A DNA stretch of 63,435 bases, filler included, from Pelomyxa schiedti (Eukaryota; Protista; Evosea): the NCBI GenBank assembly GCA_020536535.1. It is 14 parts of 14 records of this genome, joined end to end, with 100 filler letters (N's around TTAATTAATTAA, not from the genome) between each part and the next. Parts side by side here need not be neighbours in the genome. Positions count along the whole stretch, not along the records: positions 1 to 9,623 come from JAHLWZ010000696.1; positions 9,724 to 10,835 come from JAHLWZ010002816.1; positions 10,936 to 17,731 come from JAHLWZ010000101.1; 11 more parts are not named here. The stretch is one strand, 5' to 3'. How positions within the stretch are numbered: position 1 is the stretch's first letter; every line of letters starts with the position of its first letter. The position numbers and the translations under genes are program-made. This document shows positions 1 through 12,732 of the stretch, piece after piece. Under the pieces are notes generated by a model, which saw only the letters and a program-made list of their open reading frames with translations, had not been told where the DNA came from and made no database searches.

Positions 1-145
1 GGGGCAGGCTCCACGTGGAGTTTGACACGGAGACTAGCAAGTCGTTGGATTTCGACTTGGAGGCCCCCAGGAGAGACTTGTCCTGGGGCTCGGGGGACCC
101 GCTGGGCGTCGTGGCCGAGTTGGTGGTTGTCGCGGCAGTTGTCAT
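1..145 (-). CDS. 5' fragment of a membrane-anchored phosphodiesterase paralog (copy 0)
   Basis: Bases 1-490 are nearly identical to 1430-1930. The ATG at 145 (MTTAATTT) matches the copy A start at 1574. Confidence 0.7.
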   Translation of the reverse strand, partial: MTTAATTTNSATTPSGSPEPQDKSLLGASKSKSNDLLVSVSNSTWSLP

Positions 146-470
146 TCTCACCCGAGCAACCAATCGATCCTTGCCAACAAAGGCTAGTTTATTTTTTTGA
201 TATCCAGGACCTGTCTTGTTGGTCAGTGGAATCCTCAAAGTACACAAAATGTGTTTTTCAACGGCTGTCAATAGATCATTTCGTCAAAGTCAGGTACACG
301 TCCCCTAAACTGACCGGGCAATTTCGACCGATTTGGAAAACTCCAAAAGCGCCACTATCTATCGCGAATCTTCCGGTGTTCGCGTGGTTGCTATTCCCAC
401 ACGCCATTACTGTATGTACAGTTGGTTACTGATTGCTGTTGTCTTTGAGGTGTGTTGTTGGCATCCTCTC

Positions 471-1574
471 TCAGTGTTTTGGTGATGGGGATTGAGAGGG
501 GCTCCGCTTGTTTGCTGGATGTTGATTGTGGTTCTTATGTTGCTGATGTGGTGGTTCAGGAGTGAGAGAAGGTGAAGGAACTGGTGGCATGCTGCCGGGA
601 AGGATCTGACCAGAGGGAGAGAGGTGGTGGAGCTGGTTGGAGCTCCAGTATTCGTTGTTGGACTTGATGCACTGAATCATGAGGGGAGTGGGGCACGCGG
701 CGCTGAACGTGGTCAGAAGCGGCTCCGNNNNNNNNNNNNNNNNNNNNNNNNNNNNNNNNNNNNNNNNNNNNNNNNNNNNNNNNNNNNNNNNNNNNNNNNN
801 NNNNNNNNNNNNNNNNNNNNNNNNNNNTCCACAATTCTGTCGCGCTATCATCTCCAAAGAAGTTTGGATTAAACGTCAGGGCCAAATCAAAGAAGTCGAG
901 TTGTCTGAACAGAACCTATTCCTTAACTTTAGCTCTCGAGGGGAGTACAGACCCCGGAGGGAGAAGTCGTACGTTAACAGTTTCGTGGATTTCGCTGAAG
1001 ATAACTTTTGATGGCAACACAAAGTTAGCCCAAACAACGACACGAGGTAATAAATGTCCAGTAATAACACACAAGTCAAACAAAAATGAACATAAACAAC
1101 AACAACAACAATAATAAAAGCCAAAGGGGATGGGCAAGTTGCACACGCACTGTCCGAAGTGCTGCTCATGGTGTCATCAGCCATCAGCGAGACCACGTTG
1201 GACGACGAAGTGTACCACACAAGCCACACCGAAACCGCGGTCGCGACGACGAGGCCGACCGACACGAGCACCGACCGCAGCACGCCCTTGTCCGTCGCCC
1301 GCGCCACCGCCTTGGCCATCTTGCGCGGCTTCCTCCCCAGCCTGCCTCCCCACCATGTTTTCGCTGCGGCGGCGCCTGTTGGCTGGCTTGACCCGCGCTC
1401 GCAGATGGTGGCCGACTGCGGGCGCCCAGGGGGCAGGCTCCACGTGGAGTTTGACACGGAGACTAGCAAGTCGTTGGATTTCGACTTGGAGGCCCCCAGG
1501 AGAGACTTGTCCTGGGGCTCGGGGGACCCGCTGGGCGTCGTGGCCGAGTTTGTGGTTGTCGCGGCAGTTGTCAT
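471..1574 (-). CDS. Membrane-anchored class I cyclic nucleotide phosphodiesterase, copy A (middle lost in the gap)
   Basis: First exon has TM1 VLRSVLVSVGLVVATAVSVWLVWY. Last exon EPLLTTFSAACPTPLMIQCIKSNNEYW matches copies B and C. The gap at 728-827 hides the core. Confidence 0.75.
728..827. other. 100-N scaffold gap (others: 8846-8945, 13945-14044, 45189-45288)
   Basis: Plain 100-N runs. At 13945 and 45189 about 120 bp left of the gap is repeated verbatim right of it, typical of unmerged contig overlaps. Confidence 0.93.
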
Positions 1575-1911
1575 CCTCTCACTTGAGCAACCAATCGATC
1601 CTTGCCAACAATGGCTAGTTTATTTTTTTGATATCCAGGACCTGTCTTGTTGGTCAGTGGAATCCTCAAAGTACACAAAAAGTGCTTTTCAACGGAGTCA
1701 AGAGATCATTTCGCCAAAGTCTGGTACGCGTACCTTAAACTGACGGGCAATTTCGACCGATTTGGAAAACTCCAAAAGCGCCACGATCTATCACGAAAAA
1801 ACGAATCTTCCGGTGTTCGCGTAGTTGCTATTCCCACACGCTATTACTGTATGTACAGTTGGTTACTGATTGCTGTTGTCTTTGAGGTGTGTTGTTGGCA
1901 TCCACACTCTC

Positions 1912-4900
1912 TCAGTGTTTCGATGATGGGGATTGAGAGGGGCTCTGTTTGTTTGCTGGATGTTGATTGTGGTTCTTATGTTGCTGATGTGGTGGTGGTT
2001 CAGGAGTGAGAGAAGGTGAGGGAACTGGTGGAATGCTGCCGGGAAGGATTTGACCAGAGGGAGAGAGGTGGTGGAGCTGGTTGGAGCTCCAGTATTCGTT
2101 GTTTGACTTGATGCACTCAATCATGAGGGGAGTGGGGCACGCGGCGCTGAACGTGGTCAGAAGCGGCTCCGCGATGATGTTGATGAAGTTGGTTTGCAGC
2201 TTGGACAGCTTCGTGACTCCCTCTGTTCCAAGAAGTTAACACACACATCAAAAAAAAAGGGAGAAGTGAAGAAACCGGAACGGTCTGTGAATGGGCTCAC
2301 TGGAACACCCAATGCCTTTTCCTGATCACCTTGGTTGTAAAACTCTTGTGTGAGTTGTGACACCCAATACATCATTGGCTTGTGGGGTCGCATTACCTAA
2401 CCAAACAATCCCTTATTTTCGCAAGTAGTATGGACTGCTTACATTTGAAATATCGGCTGTTTTGATTGCAACACACAGGAGTTGTGTTCTGTGTTCTTTG
2501 TTTTGCATCATGTCCCGCTTTGGGTCTTCCAAAATTGTCTGTGGAAAGAAAGGAGGAGTCAGGAGGTACTACAGGTTCAAAAAGAAAATCACCTTGAATT
2601 TTGAGATAATCTCAAAGTGTTGTGCCATATCCGTGGCCAGAACCAAGTTGATGATCAATGAACGCACTGTGCGGAGTTGTGAACAACAGTGAAATATGAA
2701 AGGGTTGGGTGTCTCACAGTATTTCTTGTCATTTGGTGACAAATTCCACTCCGCGGTGACTCGCGATGACATGATTTTCAATCCCAAGCTTGAATGAAAG
2801 TTTTCGAGAACACTGCGATCTGTGAGGGTTGGGGCTCAGAATTAAAACAACGGATTGAATTCAGAACCATTGTATCGGAGGGCGAGATCGTTTTCAGTTG
2901 CAATCAGGAATGCCTGATTCAATTTTCAGAGAAAAATTGAAGCGGGGAAAGGAGAGAGAGACAGAAACGCACATTGTTGACACCAGGGTGGCCAACATCG
3001 TGAATGATTCCAGAAACAATGAGGCCAAACATGTCCAAATAATTCGTGGGCCCAATAATTTCTCTGAGCCCGTTGACCAAGAAGTAATAAAGGCATTGAA
3101 CAACATCCGCTGCGTGTATTCTGTTGTGATACGAATTTGCCTGTCGGGTTTGAGTGTTACGAAAATAAGATTGAGTAACAACCTGATAAAGCTGTTCCAC
3201 TTCATGAACGAAGAAGCGAAAAGACTCAACGGGAATGGCAAGAGCTTGAAGCAACTCCAAGGATGATACAACTTGCATTGCCACACGCTCGAGAATGCCC
3301 TCGGGTGGGATTTCAAAGATCTATGCGATTATTCAGAAGGTTTTTAAGGGGAAAAAGGGAAATTACACAAAAATCCAGAGATTTCAACTCCAAAATGTCA
3401 CTGCTGTCTGACACAACAGAAACCAGTGGTGCCGCAACATTGGAAGGAGTATCAGGAGCTAGCTTGCTTGGTGCAATCTCTTCATTGAGCCTGATTTTAT
3501 CATTTAAAGAGTCAGATCACGTGTGGAACTAGGACAGGCACCACACCATTTCTGGATATCGGTGTCCAACAAACAGGTTTGTTTCTTCAAATCAGGCATG
3601 AAGAGGCCACCAGTCTGTGTGAGATTCGAGATGATTTCGTCAATGATCTTGGTTGTTCTTTTCGACGAGTGACTTTTGAGCAAATGCAACTTGTCAAGAA
3701 CCTGAATTTGAAACGAATAATGAGATCTCCCACCCCAAGGAGGATTGCTTGTTTGTTTGATTTGTTGCCAACAACCTTAGTGATTCCAGCATCCAAGTCA
3801 ATTTTTGGTTCTGGTGACACAGAATTTCTTTTCTTGCTCAACGAAATGGCAGAAAAAACTCTTTGCACTCAGTTAACAACAGTGCAGTTGGTTTCTGTTT
3901 TGGAAGCGGCATACCCAACAACGAGAAGAACTGCAACCAATGCACATGTGATGATGACAGAAAACCTCGTGCTCAATCGAGATGATTCAGTGTATTTCCT
4001 GTTTGTATCAGAGATGTAAAGAAGTGACAAAAGGACTTGGAGATTACGTTGATGACAGAGAAATAACCACCAGCCATTGAACACTGGGGTGAGGGTGGTA
4101 ATGGAACACTTAATTTCGTGTCAGAAGAAGAGAAAAGAGGGACATGTCGCAGATTACCTTCTCTGTGAAATCGTTGTTAGTTTGGTCCTGGGGTAATGGA
4201 AGAGAATACAGGAAATAACTGTCATCTTCGTCAGAAAACTGCATTTTGCACGTTTCATTCTCTGAAATGCTTCCGATTTTGTCTTGAAGGAGCCCCCATG
4301 TGTGAACCACTTTGGTGCTCGATGAGTTGTCTGGAGTGACCGTTCTACCAAGCAATGTCTCAGATTGTTAAAAAGGGAAAGACATAATACCCAAGTTCAC
4401 TTGTTCCCACACTAAGAGAGCCAAGAACAGCCAGGAGTTTTCCATGAGAATCCACAATGTATGAAAAGCTGTTTGTTCCCATGTCAATCCCAGAAAGCAG
4501 TGTGGTTAACTTTATAAGAGGGTTAGGAAAGATTAAGCACTTTTTATCTATATACCATTGGCACCTCCATTCCTGCGTAAAGCCATGCAATTTTTGTTTC
4601 ACCACTGTATAGGACCTGAGTGAGATGGTTAATAACAAAAAGAACAAGGTAATAACTCACTTTTTGCACACTGATTATGAACATTTCATAACCCCTGGAA
4701 TTTTTTTGATCAGTAAAACACGTGGTAAAAAGGAAGTGGAGTACAAGAAATCAATGTAAACTGGGTCAAAATATACAATTTCTTTTCCAGTCACTGACTG
4801 AAGAAGTATTGGACAATTTAACATTGCATCAATGCAAGCCATTGGAATAAACACAGGGGCTGCAGAAGAGACCTGACCCATACATGCCTGGCCCATTGAT

Positions 4901-5936
4901 TTGTTTCCATCTTTGACCGTTACAAAGAGGGAATCTGTAGTATTTTCAACTTTGTAAACTGAAGTGAAGACCTTTTTTACATTTTGAGTGTTACTTTACC
5001 ACACATGCACATACAATATCCAGAGATGAGAGGAGAGAGGGACCAACAAGAGAGTTAAAAGTATATGGATCAGTTGGAGCAAGCATCATTGCAAATTGAG
5101 ACTTTTCCTGTGATAGATAAATAATGGCGGAACAAAGGGAAAAAAATAAGAGGAATTAAAACATTTAATAGCGAAGCTGCTTGAATGGACCACATTTCTG
5201 TCGCCTTGTCATCACCAAAGAAATTGGGATTAAAAGACATGGCCAAATCAAAGAACTCTATCTGTCGGAAGAGGACCTATTCATCAGTCACTGTGGGGAA
5301 TTGAGCGGAAAAAGACTCATACATGAACGGTCTGGTGGATTTCACTGAATATAACTGTTAACAACAAAGTTAGGTTATTAGAGAGCCAGAGGGGAGGGAA
5401 AAATTGATCTTTCACAAAAAAATGAGTTGTATTACCCATATTTGTGAAATAAACTAATGTGTAAAACCAAAAAGGTAATTAAGGCGGAACATAATGCCCG
5501 GGAATTAATCAAACGCCAACGCACTGTTCGACGTGTCACTCATGGTGTCATCAGCCATCAGCGAGACGACCTTCGTCGACGTCGTGTACCACACAAGCCA
5601 CACCGAAACCGCGGTCGCGACGACGAGGCCGACCGACACGAGCACCGACCGCAGCACGCCCTTGTCCGTCGCCCGCGCCACCGCCTTGAGCATCTTGCGC
5701 GGCTTCCTCGCCAGTCTGCCTCCTCCCCCACACCATGTTTTGGACGTGCTGCTGCGCGCGGCTGGCGCAGTGCGCGGTACCAGGGCCGCCGCGGAGCTCG
5801 AGGCCGAGAAGACGTTTACTCCTGACTCGACCTGGGACTCGCCGGATCCGAGCAGGTGTTTCTGGTGTGGTGCAGATCCGATGATGGTGGTGTTTCGTGG
5901 TTCTGGGAGAGTTGTTGCAACTGCAGCAGTTGACAT
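1912..5936 (-). CDS. TM-dCache-like-TM-PDEase_I receptor-type phosphodiesterase, copy B (complete span, multi-exon)
   Basis: PDE motifs: YHNRIHAADV, HDVGHPGVNN, YN-DRSVLENFH, LVLATDMAQHF, IKTADISN, EFYNQGDQEKALG, KLQTNFINIIAEPL. TM1 is in the 5505-5936 exon and TM2 is FSVIITCALVAVLLVVGYAAS (about 3880-3960). The segment between them contains LTTLLSGIDMGTNSFSYIVDSHGKLLA. The ORF-track start at 5999 is GTG; the ATG equivalent to copy A is at 5936. Confidence 0.88.
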
Positions 5937-6261
5937 GGCGATCCAAACGGATCCTAGTGCGAGGCTTGTTTGTTTGTTTTTTGGTTGTCCCTTAGCCACC
6001 TGTAGCTTTCAAAGCCACGCAAGGGAAAGGAGTTGTACCTGTCCCACAAATTAGGCAGTGGGATCTTCCAAGAAAGAAAACCGCGGTTCCGACCTTCCTT
6101 TCTTCAATCTTAGCCTAAGATCGATGTAGTGTAGTTCAACGCAGTATCTTTAGTGCAACAGGTGCATATTCACATGGTTATTGTAACACGGTGTTATTGT
6201 TGGTATGTGAGCTTGTACAGTAGTGTGGGTGCGTGTTGAGGTGTGTTGTTGGCACCCTCTC

Positions 6262-8845
6262 TCAGTGTTTTGATGATGGGGATTGAGAGGGGCTGCGGTT
6301 TTGTGTTGGCTGTTGGTTGTTATGGGGTTGTTGTTTTTGCAATGATTCATAAGTTAGTGAAGGTGAGGGAACTGGTGGAATGCTGCCGGGAAGGATTTGA
6401 CCAGAGGGAGAGAGGTGGTGGAGCTGGTTGGAGCTCCAGTATTCGTTGTTGGACTTGATGCACTGAACCATGAGGGGAGTGGGGCACGCAGCACTGAACG
6501 TGGTCAGAAGCGGCTCCGCGATGATGTTGATGAAGTTGGTTTGCAGCTTGGACAGCTTCGTGACTCCCTCTGTTTTGAGAGTGAGAATATGCACACATTG
6601 TAGAAAGGAAGTGAAGAAACCGGAACGGTCTGTGAATGGGCTCACTGGAACACCCAATGCCTTTTCCTGGTCACCTTGGTTGTAAAACTCTTGTGTGAGT
6701 TGTGACACCCAATGCATCATTTGCTTGTGCGGTCGCATGACCTAGAGAGCAAAGGAATATTAGCAATAGAAATTAGAACGTATTGCTTACATTTGAAATG
6801 TCGGCTGTTTTGATTGCAACACACAGGAGTTGTGTTCTGTGTTCTTTGTTTTGCATCATGTCCCTCTTTGGATTTTCCAAAATTGTCTGCGGAAAAAGCG
6901 TCAGAATAACTAGAGGGTAACAAAAAGAAATCCTTGAATACCTTGAATTTTGAGATAATCTCAAAGTGTTGTGCCATATCCGTGGCCAGAACCAAGTTGA
7001 TGATCAATGAACGCACTGTGTGGGAGTTGTTAACAACAACAGATGAGAATGGTTGGGTGCGTTACAATATTTCTTGTCATTTGGTGAAAAGTTCCACTCC
7101 GCGGTGACTCGCGATGACATGATTTTCAACCCCAAGCTCGAGTGAAGATTTTCGAGAACACTGCGATCTGTGATGGTTGGGGGTAACAATTAAAAAAGCA
7201 GATGGGACTGTGGGAACCATTGTATCGGAGGGCGAGATCGTTTTCAGTTGCAATCAGAAACGCCTGGTTCGAAAATGAGTGACATAAAATTCAGAAGGGA
7301 GATACACATACATTGTTGACACCAGGGTGCCCAACATCGTGAATGATCCCAGAAACGATGAGGCCAAACATGTCCAAATAATTCGTGGGCCCAATAATTT
7401 CTCTGAGCCCGTTGACCAAGAAGTAATAAAGGCATTGAACAACATCCGCTGCGTGTATTCTGTTGTGATACGAATTTGCCTGTCGGGTTTGAGTTATTGG
7501 CGCCAACAGTGAATTAGTTACAACCTTATATAACCGCTCTATTTCACAAACGAAGGTTCGGAAAGATTCAAAGGGAATGGCAAGAGCTTGAAGCAACTCC
7601 AAGGATGATACAACTTGCATTGCCACACGCTCGAGAATGCCCTCGGGTGGGATTTCAAAGATCTGGGGGGGATTGTTCAGAAGGTTTTTAAGGGGAAGAA
7701 GGGAAAATTACACAAAAATCCAGAGAGTTCAACTCAAAAGTGTCATTGCTGTATGACACGACAGAAACCAGTGGTGCCGCAACATTGGAAGGAGTATCAG
7801 GAGCTAGCTTGCTTGGTGCAATCTCTTCATTGAGCCTGATTTTATCATTTAAAGAGTCAGATCACATCCTTTTCTGTTGGTTGCGCAGCTTGGAAGGACA
7901 ACACACACCATTTCTGGATATCGGTGTCCAACAAACAGGTTTGTTTCTTCAAGTCCGGCATGAAGAGGCCACCAGTCTGTGTGAGATTCGAGATGATTTC
8001 GTCAAGGATTTTGGTTGTTCTTTTCGATGAATGCCTTTTGAGGAAATGCAGTTTGTCAAGCACCTGTTTTGAACCAAAATGAGATCTCAAGCTTAATTGA
8101 TTGCTTATTGAGAATAACCTTGGTGATTCCAGCATCCAAGTCAATTTTTGGTTCTGGTGACACAGAATCTCTTTTCTTGCTCAACGAAATGGCAGAAACC
8201 ACTCTTCACGCGCAGTTAAGGAACAGAGGGATGGGTTTTTGAAAGGGACAGTGAACACACCCAACAATGAGAAGAACTGCAACCAATGCACATGTGATGA
8301 TGATGGAGAACCTCGTGCTAACACGGGATGATTCAGTGTACTTGCTGGTTACACATCAGAGATAAAAACAAGTTACAAAAGGAAGCAGAGCTTACGTTGA
8401 TGACAGAGAAATAACCACCAACCATTGGGCACTGGGATGAGGGTGGTAACGGAACACTGAATTTCGTGTCAAAACAAGAGAAATGAAAAGAAGATGCATC
8501 GCAGATTACCTTCTCTGTGGAATGTGGTTGGTGAGATTATTCTTGGGCAATGTTGGGGAGAGAGAGAGATAGATATAGATCATACAGGAAATAACTGTCC
8601 GTCTCGTCGGAATACTGCATTTTGCACGTTTCATTTTCTGAAATACTTCCGATTTTATCTTGAAGGAGCCCCCATGTGTGAACCACTTTGGTGCTTGATG
8701 AGTTTTCTGGAGTTAACGTTCTGACACTTGTCAGATGTAAAAAGGGGAGGTGGAAACCGTCACACACCCAAATTCAGTTGATTCAACAGTCAAAGAGCCA
8801 AGAACAGCCAGAAGTTTACCATGAGAATCCACAATGTATGAAAAG
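6262..8845 (-). CDS. Receptor-type phosphodiesterase, copy C (5' part lost at the gap)
   Basis: Same exon series as copy B: YHNRIHAADV and HDVGHPGVNN at 7291-7500, LATDMAQHF, QGDQEKALG, and SYIVDSHGKLLAVLGS next to the gap. Confidence 0.85.
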
Positions 8846-8945
8846 NNNNNNNNNNNNNNNNNNNNNNNNNNNNNNNNNNNNNNNNNNNNNNNNNNNNNNN
8901 NNNNNNNNNNNNNNNNNNNNNNNNNNNNNNNNNNNNNNNNNNNNN

Positions 8946-9623
8946 TCATGAACGAAGAAGCGAAAAGACTCAACGGGAATGGCAAGAGCTTGAAGCAACT
9001 CCAAGGATGATACAACTTGCATTGCCACACGCTCGAGAATGCCCTCGGGTGGGATTTCAAAGATCTGTGTGATTATTCAGAAGGTTTTTAAGGGGAAAAA
9101 GGGAAAATTACACAAAAATCCAGAGATTTCAACTCCAAAATGTCACTGCTGTCTGACACAACAGAAACCAGCGGCACCACAACGTTGGAAGGTGAATCGG
9201 GAGTCAAATTAATGATCTTGCTTGGTGCAATTTCTTCATTGAGCCTTATTTTATAATTTGAGAGTAAGATCACGTGTGGAACTAGGACAGGCACCACACC
9301 ATTTCTGGATATCGGTGTCCAACAAACAGGTTTGTTTCTTCAAATCAGGCATGAAGAGGCCACCAGTCTGTGTGAGGTTCGAGATGATTTCGTCAATGAT
9401 CTTGGTTGTTCTTTTCGACGAGTGACTTTTGAGCAAATGCAACTTGTCAAGAACCTGAATTTGAAACGAAAAATGAGATCTCCCACCCCAAGGAGGATTG
9501 CTTTGTTTGTTTGATTTGTTGCCAACAACCTTAGTGATTCCAGCATCCAAGTCAATTTTTGGTTCTGGTGACACAGAATTTCTTTTCTTGCTCAACGAAA
9601 TGGCAGAAAAAACTCTTTGCACT
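8946..9623 (-). CDS. Receptor-type phosphodiesterase, copy D (internal fragment)
   Basis: Near-identical to 3205-3870 of copy B (EPKIDLDAGITKVV, KRTTKIIDEIISNL, SLELLQALAIPVESF). Cut by a gap and a linker. Confidence 0.75.
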
Positions 9624-9723
9624 NNNNNNNNNNNNNNNNNNNNNNNNNNNNNNNNNNNNNNNNNNNNTTAATTAATTAANNNNNNNNNNNNNNNNNNNNN
9701 NNNNNNNNNNNNNNNNNNNNNNN
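9624..9723. other. Artificial contig linker, first of 13 (others: 10836-10935, 17732-17831, 19915-20014, 32569-32668, 39594-39693, 41589-41688, 43074-43173, 46597-46696, 48098-48197, 54059-54158, 60524-60623, 62289-62388)
   Basis: Each is 44 N + TTAATTAATTAA + 44 N = 100 bp. The core is palindromic with stops in all six frames, and gene content changes abruptly across each one. Confidence 0.97.
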
Positions 9724-9843
9724 GTGTTGTGTTGTGTTGTGTTGTGTTGTGTTGTGTTGTGTTGTGTTGTGTTGTGTTGTGTTGTGTTGTGTTGTGTTGT
9801 GTTGTGTTGTGTTGTGTTGTGTTGTGTTGTGTTGTGTTGTGTG
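9724..9843. repeat. (GTTGT)n pentanucleotide microsatellite, about 24 units
   Basis: Perfect run read directly at the contig start. Confidence 0.95.
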
Positions 9844-9951
9844 TTGCGTTTCTATTGCTAGCATAGGACACCTTTGTGTAAGTGCAAGAGAACGCCAATA
9901 CATACATACATTCACCCATCGAATTAAATTATAGTTCTCATTCTTCTCAAG

Positions 9952-10835
9952 GAGGGCACATTGAGATGGCCAAGGAGCTCGTTGAGGGAGGTGGTGAAAG
10001 CACACCGTGGAGTGGTTGCAGACTGCTGAGGTGGCCGGTAAATGACCCTGACGTGCTTGATGACATCAGGGCAATTCAATGCCATCACCTAGGAAGTTCA
10101 CAGAGCGTGCTGTATGATGCATGCAGAGGTGGCCACCTGGAAGTCGTGAAGTGGGTGGTATCCAAGTTCCATGGCGGTGGTGATGGGATGGCGTCTTGGG
10201 AGATTCCAATGCCGTTCCGTGTGGCTCTGAGGTGGGGCCGCATGAGTGTGGTGAAGTGGCTGGCTTGTTCAACTGGGGTCGTTCGTGCATGCAGGAAAAT
10301 GGCCAGGCTTAGAATTTGCGGCTGTGATCTTGGGCACTTCATCAGCAGCCCCAACTTGGAGGTTCTGAAGTTTTGCACAGATTTATTCTGTGGTGATGAT
10401 ATGATTCCTCCTGCAAATGTTTGCTCTACGGTACTGGAGCACTTCACCAACGAAACCAAATTGTCACCACCAAGTAAATGTGCATTGAAGGAAGGGTGCG
10501 AGTGGATCAAGAAAAGATTCAGGCTTGACCCACCAGATGACCAGTACTTTGCAACTGCAGGGGGCACAAAGTGGGCCATCAAAAGCTTCCATCTGCAACC
10601 AACACTGGATGATCTGAATTTTGTATGTGCTGATCTGGCAGACCAACAACTGGTGCAATGGATGATGACAAAGTTCGGTCTTGGCCCTGTCACGTATACC
10701 ACGTTACTTCAGGCATGTGCAAACAGGAGGGTCAGTGTGGCGTTGCTGAAATTCTTGGTGCCCAGAGTAACGCCATCCCTCACTCCAGAACAACTCAAGG
10801 ACTGCCTTGCTTACTCTCTTTCTGGCAACAACACA
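9952..10835 (+). CDS. Ankyrin-repeat protein (partial at both ends)
   Basis: Ankyrin-like motifs GGHIEMAKEL, ACRGGHLEVVKWVV, ALRWGRMSVVKWL, ACANRRVSVALLKFLV. A splice acceptor precedes 9952. Confidence 0.8.
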
Positions 10836-10935
10836 NNNNNNNNNNNNNNNNNNNNNNNNNNNNNNNNNNNNNNNNNNNNTTAATTAATTAANNNNNNNNN
10901 NNNNNNNNNNNNNNNNNNNNNNNNNNNNNNNNNNN

Positions 10936-12052
10936 CACGGTTGCTCTCGGCAAAGTGGATCAAATCGAATGTGTGAACCAGCCACTTGAGCATGTTCAGG
11001 TGCCCGCTTTCTGATGCTTCATGCACCAATGGGATCAGCAATATCTTGTTGCCTTGGTTGATTTGGAAGAAGCTCGAAAGGATCCACTTCAGAACATCCA
11101 AATGGCCCTTTACACAAACTTCCCTCATGATTTTAAACACACCCCTCTCACTCCAAAATTCCTCAGCCAGGACCGGTTCGTTTTCCATGCTGACAACTGA
11201 ATTCCAGTTCAGCAGCGATGGAACCTTGGAACAAGCATGGTAAGTTTGAACTGTGGGTGTGGGAAGAATACTTAAAACTTAAGAAGCTGCCAATAATAAT
11301 AATACAAGACAGATGGAACGTTCACATACCACGGCACCTGCCTGGGGGTCTGTTCCATTTCCGATTTCGCCAACCCCACATCGCACTGACGATGACGGTG
11401 GCCACAGCCACAGCGCCTTGTTGGTCCCCCCCTCCGCCTCCGCCTCCACGTCCACATCCACCCAACACCCACAGTTGTTTCCCACGAACGCCCTGGCGGC
11501 ACGCAGGTGGCCCCCGCGGCACAGCCCTGTCAGCACAGCCACCTGCTCCTTCGCCCGCCCCCGCTCCCGCTCCCGCTCCCTGCCCCGGTCCCTGTCGCTG
11601 CCCATCTCGCTCTCGCTCTCCCTCTGGGTCCCTGCTGGGCCGCCCTCCTGCTGGCTCCCACCCCTCCCGGTCCCCGCCCGCCTGGCTGCCTTGTCCCTCA
11701 CGATCCACGCGATGCACTTGGGGCACAGCGCCGCGGCGGCGTCCTCGATCGAGCGGAAGTGGGCGCTCAACGCGCGGTACTCGCGGTGCGTGGGCGACGC
11801 GGCGCGGCAGCACAGGGCCACGAGGGGGAACAGGGCCTCTCCCGCGCGCAGCAGGCACGACACCACGTCGTGGGCCAGGGGCTTGTTCCACCAGAGGGCG
11901 GCGCGCGCGGGGGCCAGCACCCACGGTACGAGGACCTGCTCCCACACCACTCGCGACACACCCACGATCCGCCGTTTCTCGGATTCTTGTGGATTGCCGG
12001 TAGTAGTTGTGGTTGTTGTGTTGGGGCCGCGGAGAGGCGTGGTAGATGACAT
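10936..12052 (-). CDS. Ankyrin-repeat protein with a lineage-type N-terminal region (3' truncated)
   Basis: LCRGGHLRAARAFV, VCVKGHLDVLKWIL, ASESGHLNMLKWLV. N-terminal SRVVWEQVLVPWV motif. Probable ATG at 12052 (MSSTTP). Confidence 0.78.
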
Positions 12053-12732
12053 TGGCACGAAAAGAATGATTATTCCGAGAACAAGCGGGCCCCCCTCACT
12101 ATTTCTTTTTTCTTTATCCCGCTGATTTTGATTTTCCAACAAGCCAAAAACAGCCATCAAGGGATGACCGTTGGTAGCAACAGGCATAACCAAGAAAACA
12201 GGGGCAAACAGTAATTAAGTGGACTGGGATTTGCAACAGCGAGGGAAGCAGAGTTGCTAGTGAGTCCGTGATCGTTCCCTTAAAACTTCTTTTTTTTTCC
12301 TTCTTCCTCTGTCGGGCTGTGTCGTAGATTCGGCAACAACGCTCTTGTGTGTCTCTTACTCCTGACACAACAAGGAGCACGTCACAGCCCACAGTCCAGC
12401 TGTCCTTGCGTCTTGGATGCACAATAAGGGAAAAACAATACCTTTCCTTCTGCTAACAGATGGTGTCAGTGCGGGTCCAGCACTGATGCTGCCGGGAGGC
12501 AGTATTCCTATCTTCGTGGGTCTCATGGTAGTTGGTAAGGGTAAGGTCCTCTCTGTTGGTTACCCTCTCTGACCTGTGCCCCAGTCTGCTATTGTCCTGT
12601 CGGATGGCTATGGTCCAATCTAACCTTGTTTGGACCCCCTTGGGACTTCTTTATATGGAGCCTCGTTGGAATTTGAATCGAAAGAAAAACAATAAGTGAG
12701 GGGGGTCCGAGAACAAGCGGTAGTGAGGGAAA

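Noticed and set aside
9668-9679. TTAATTAATTAA as a biological motif, and the LIN peptide endings in the ORF track
   Set aside because: It is a synthetic six-frame stop linker, always centred in 88 N.
9724-9843. Telomeric repeat
   Set aside because: GTTGT matches no telomere unit I know, it abuts an internal ankyrin exon and probably lies in an intron, and contigs commonly break at microsatellites.
11218-12125. Long antisense or alternate-frame ORFs (also 1159-1743, 5533-6054, 25235-25810, 45296-45745, 46641-47504)
   Set aside because: These are shadow ORFs of GC-rich coding exons on the other strand or frame, with no independent motifs.
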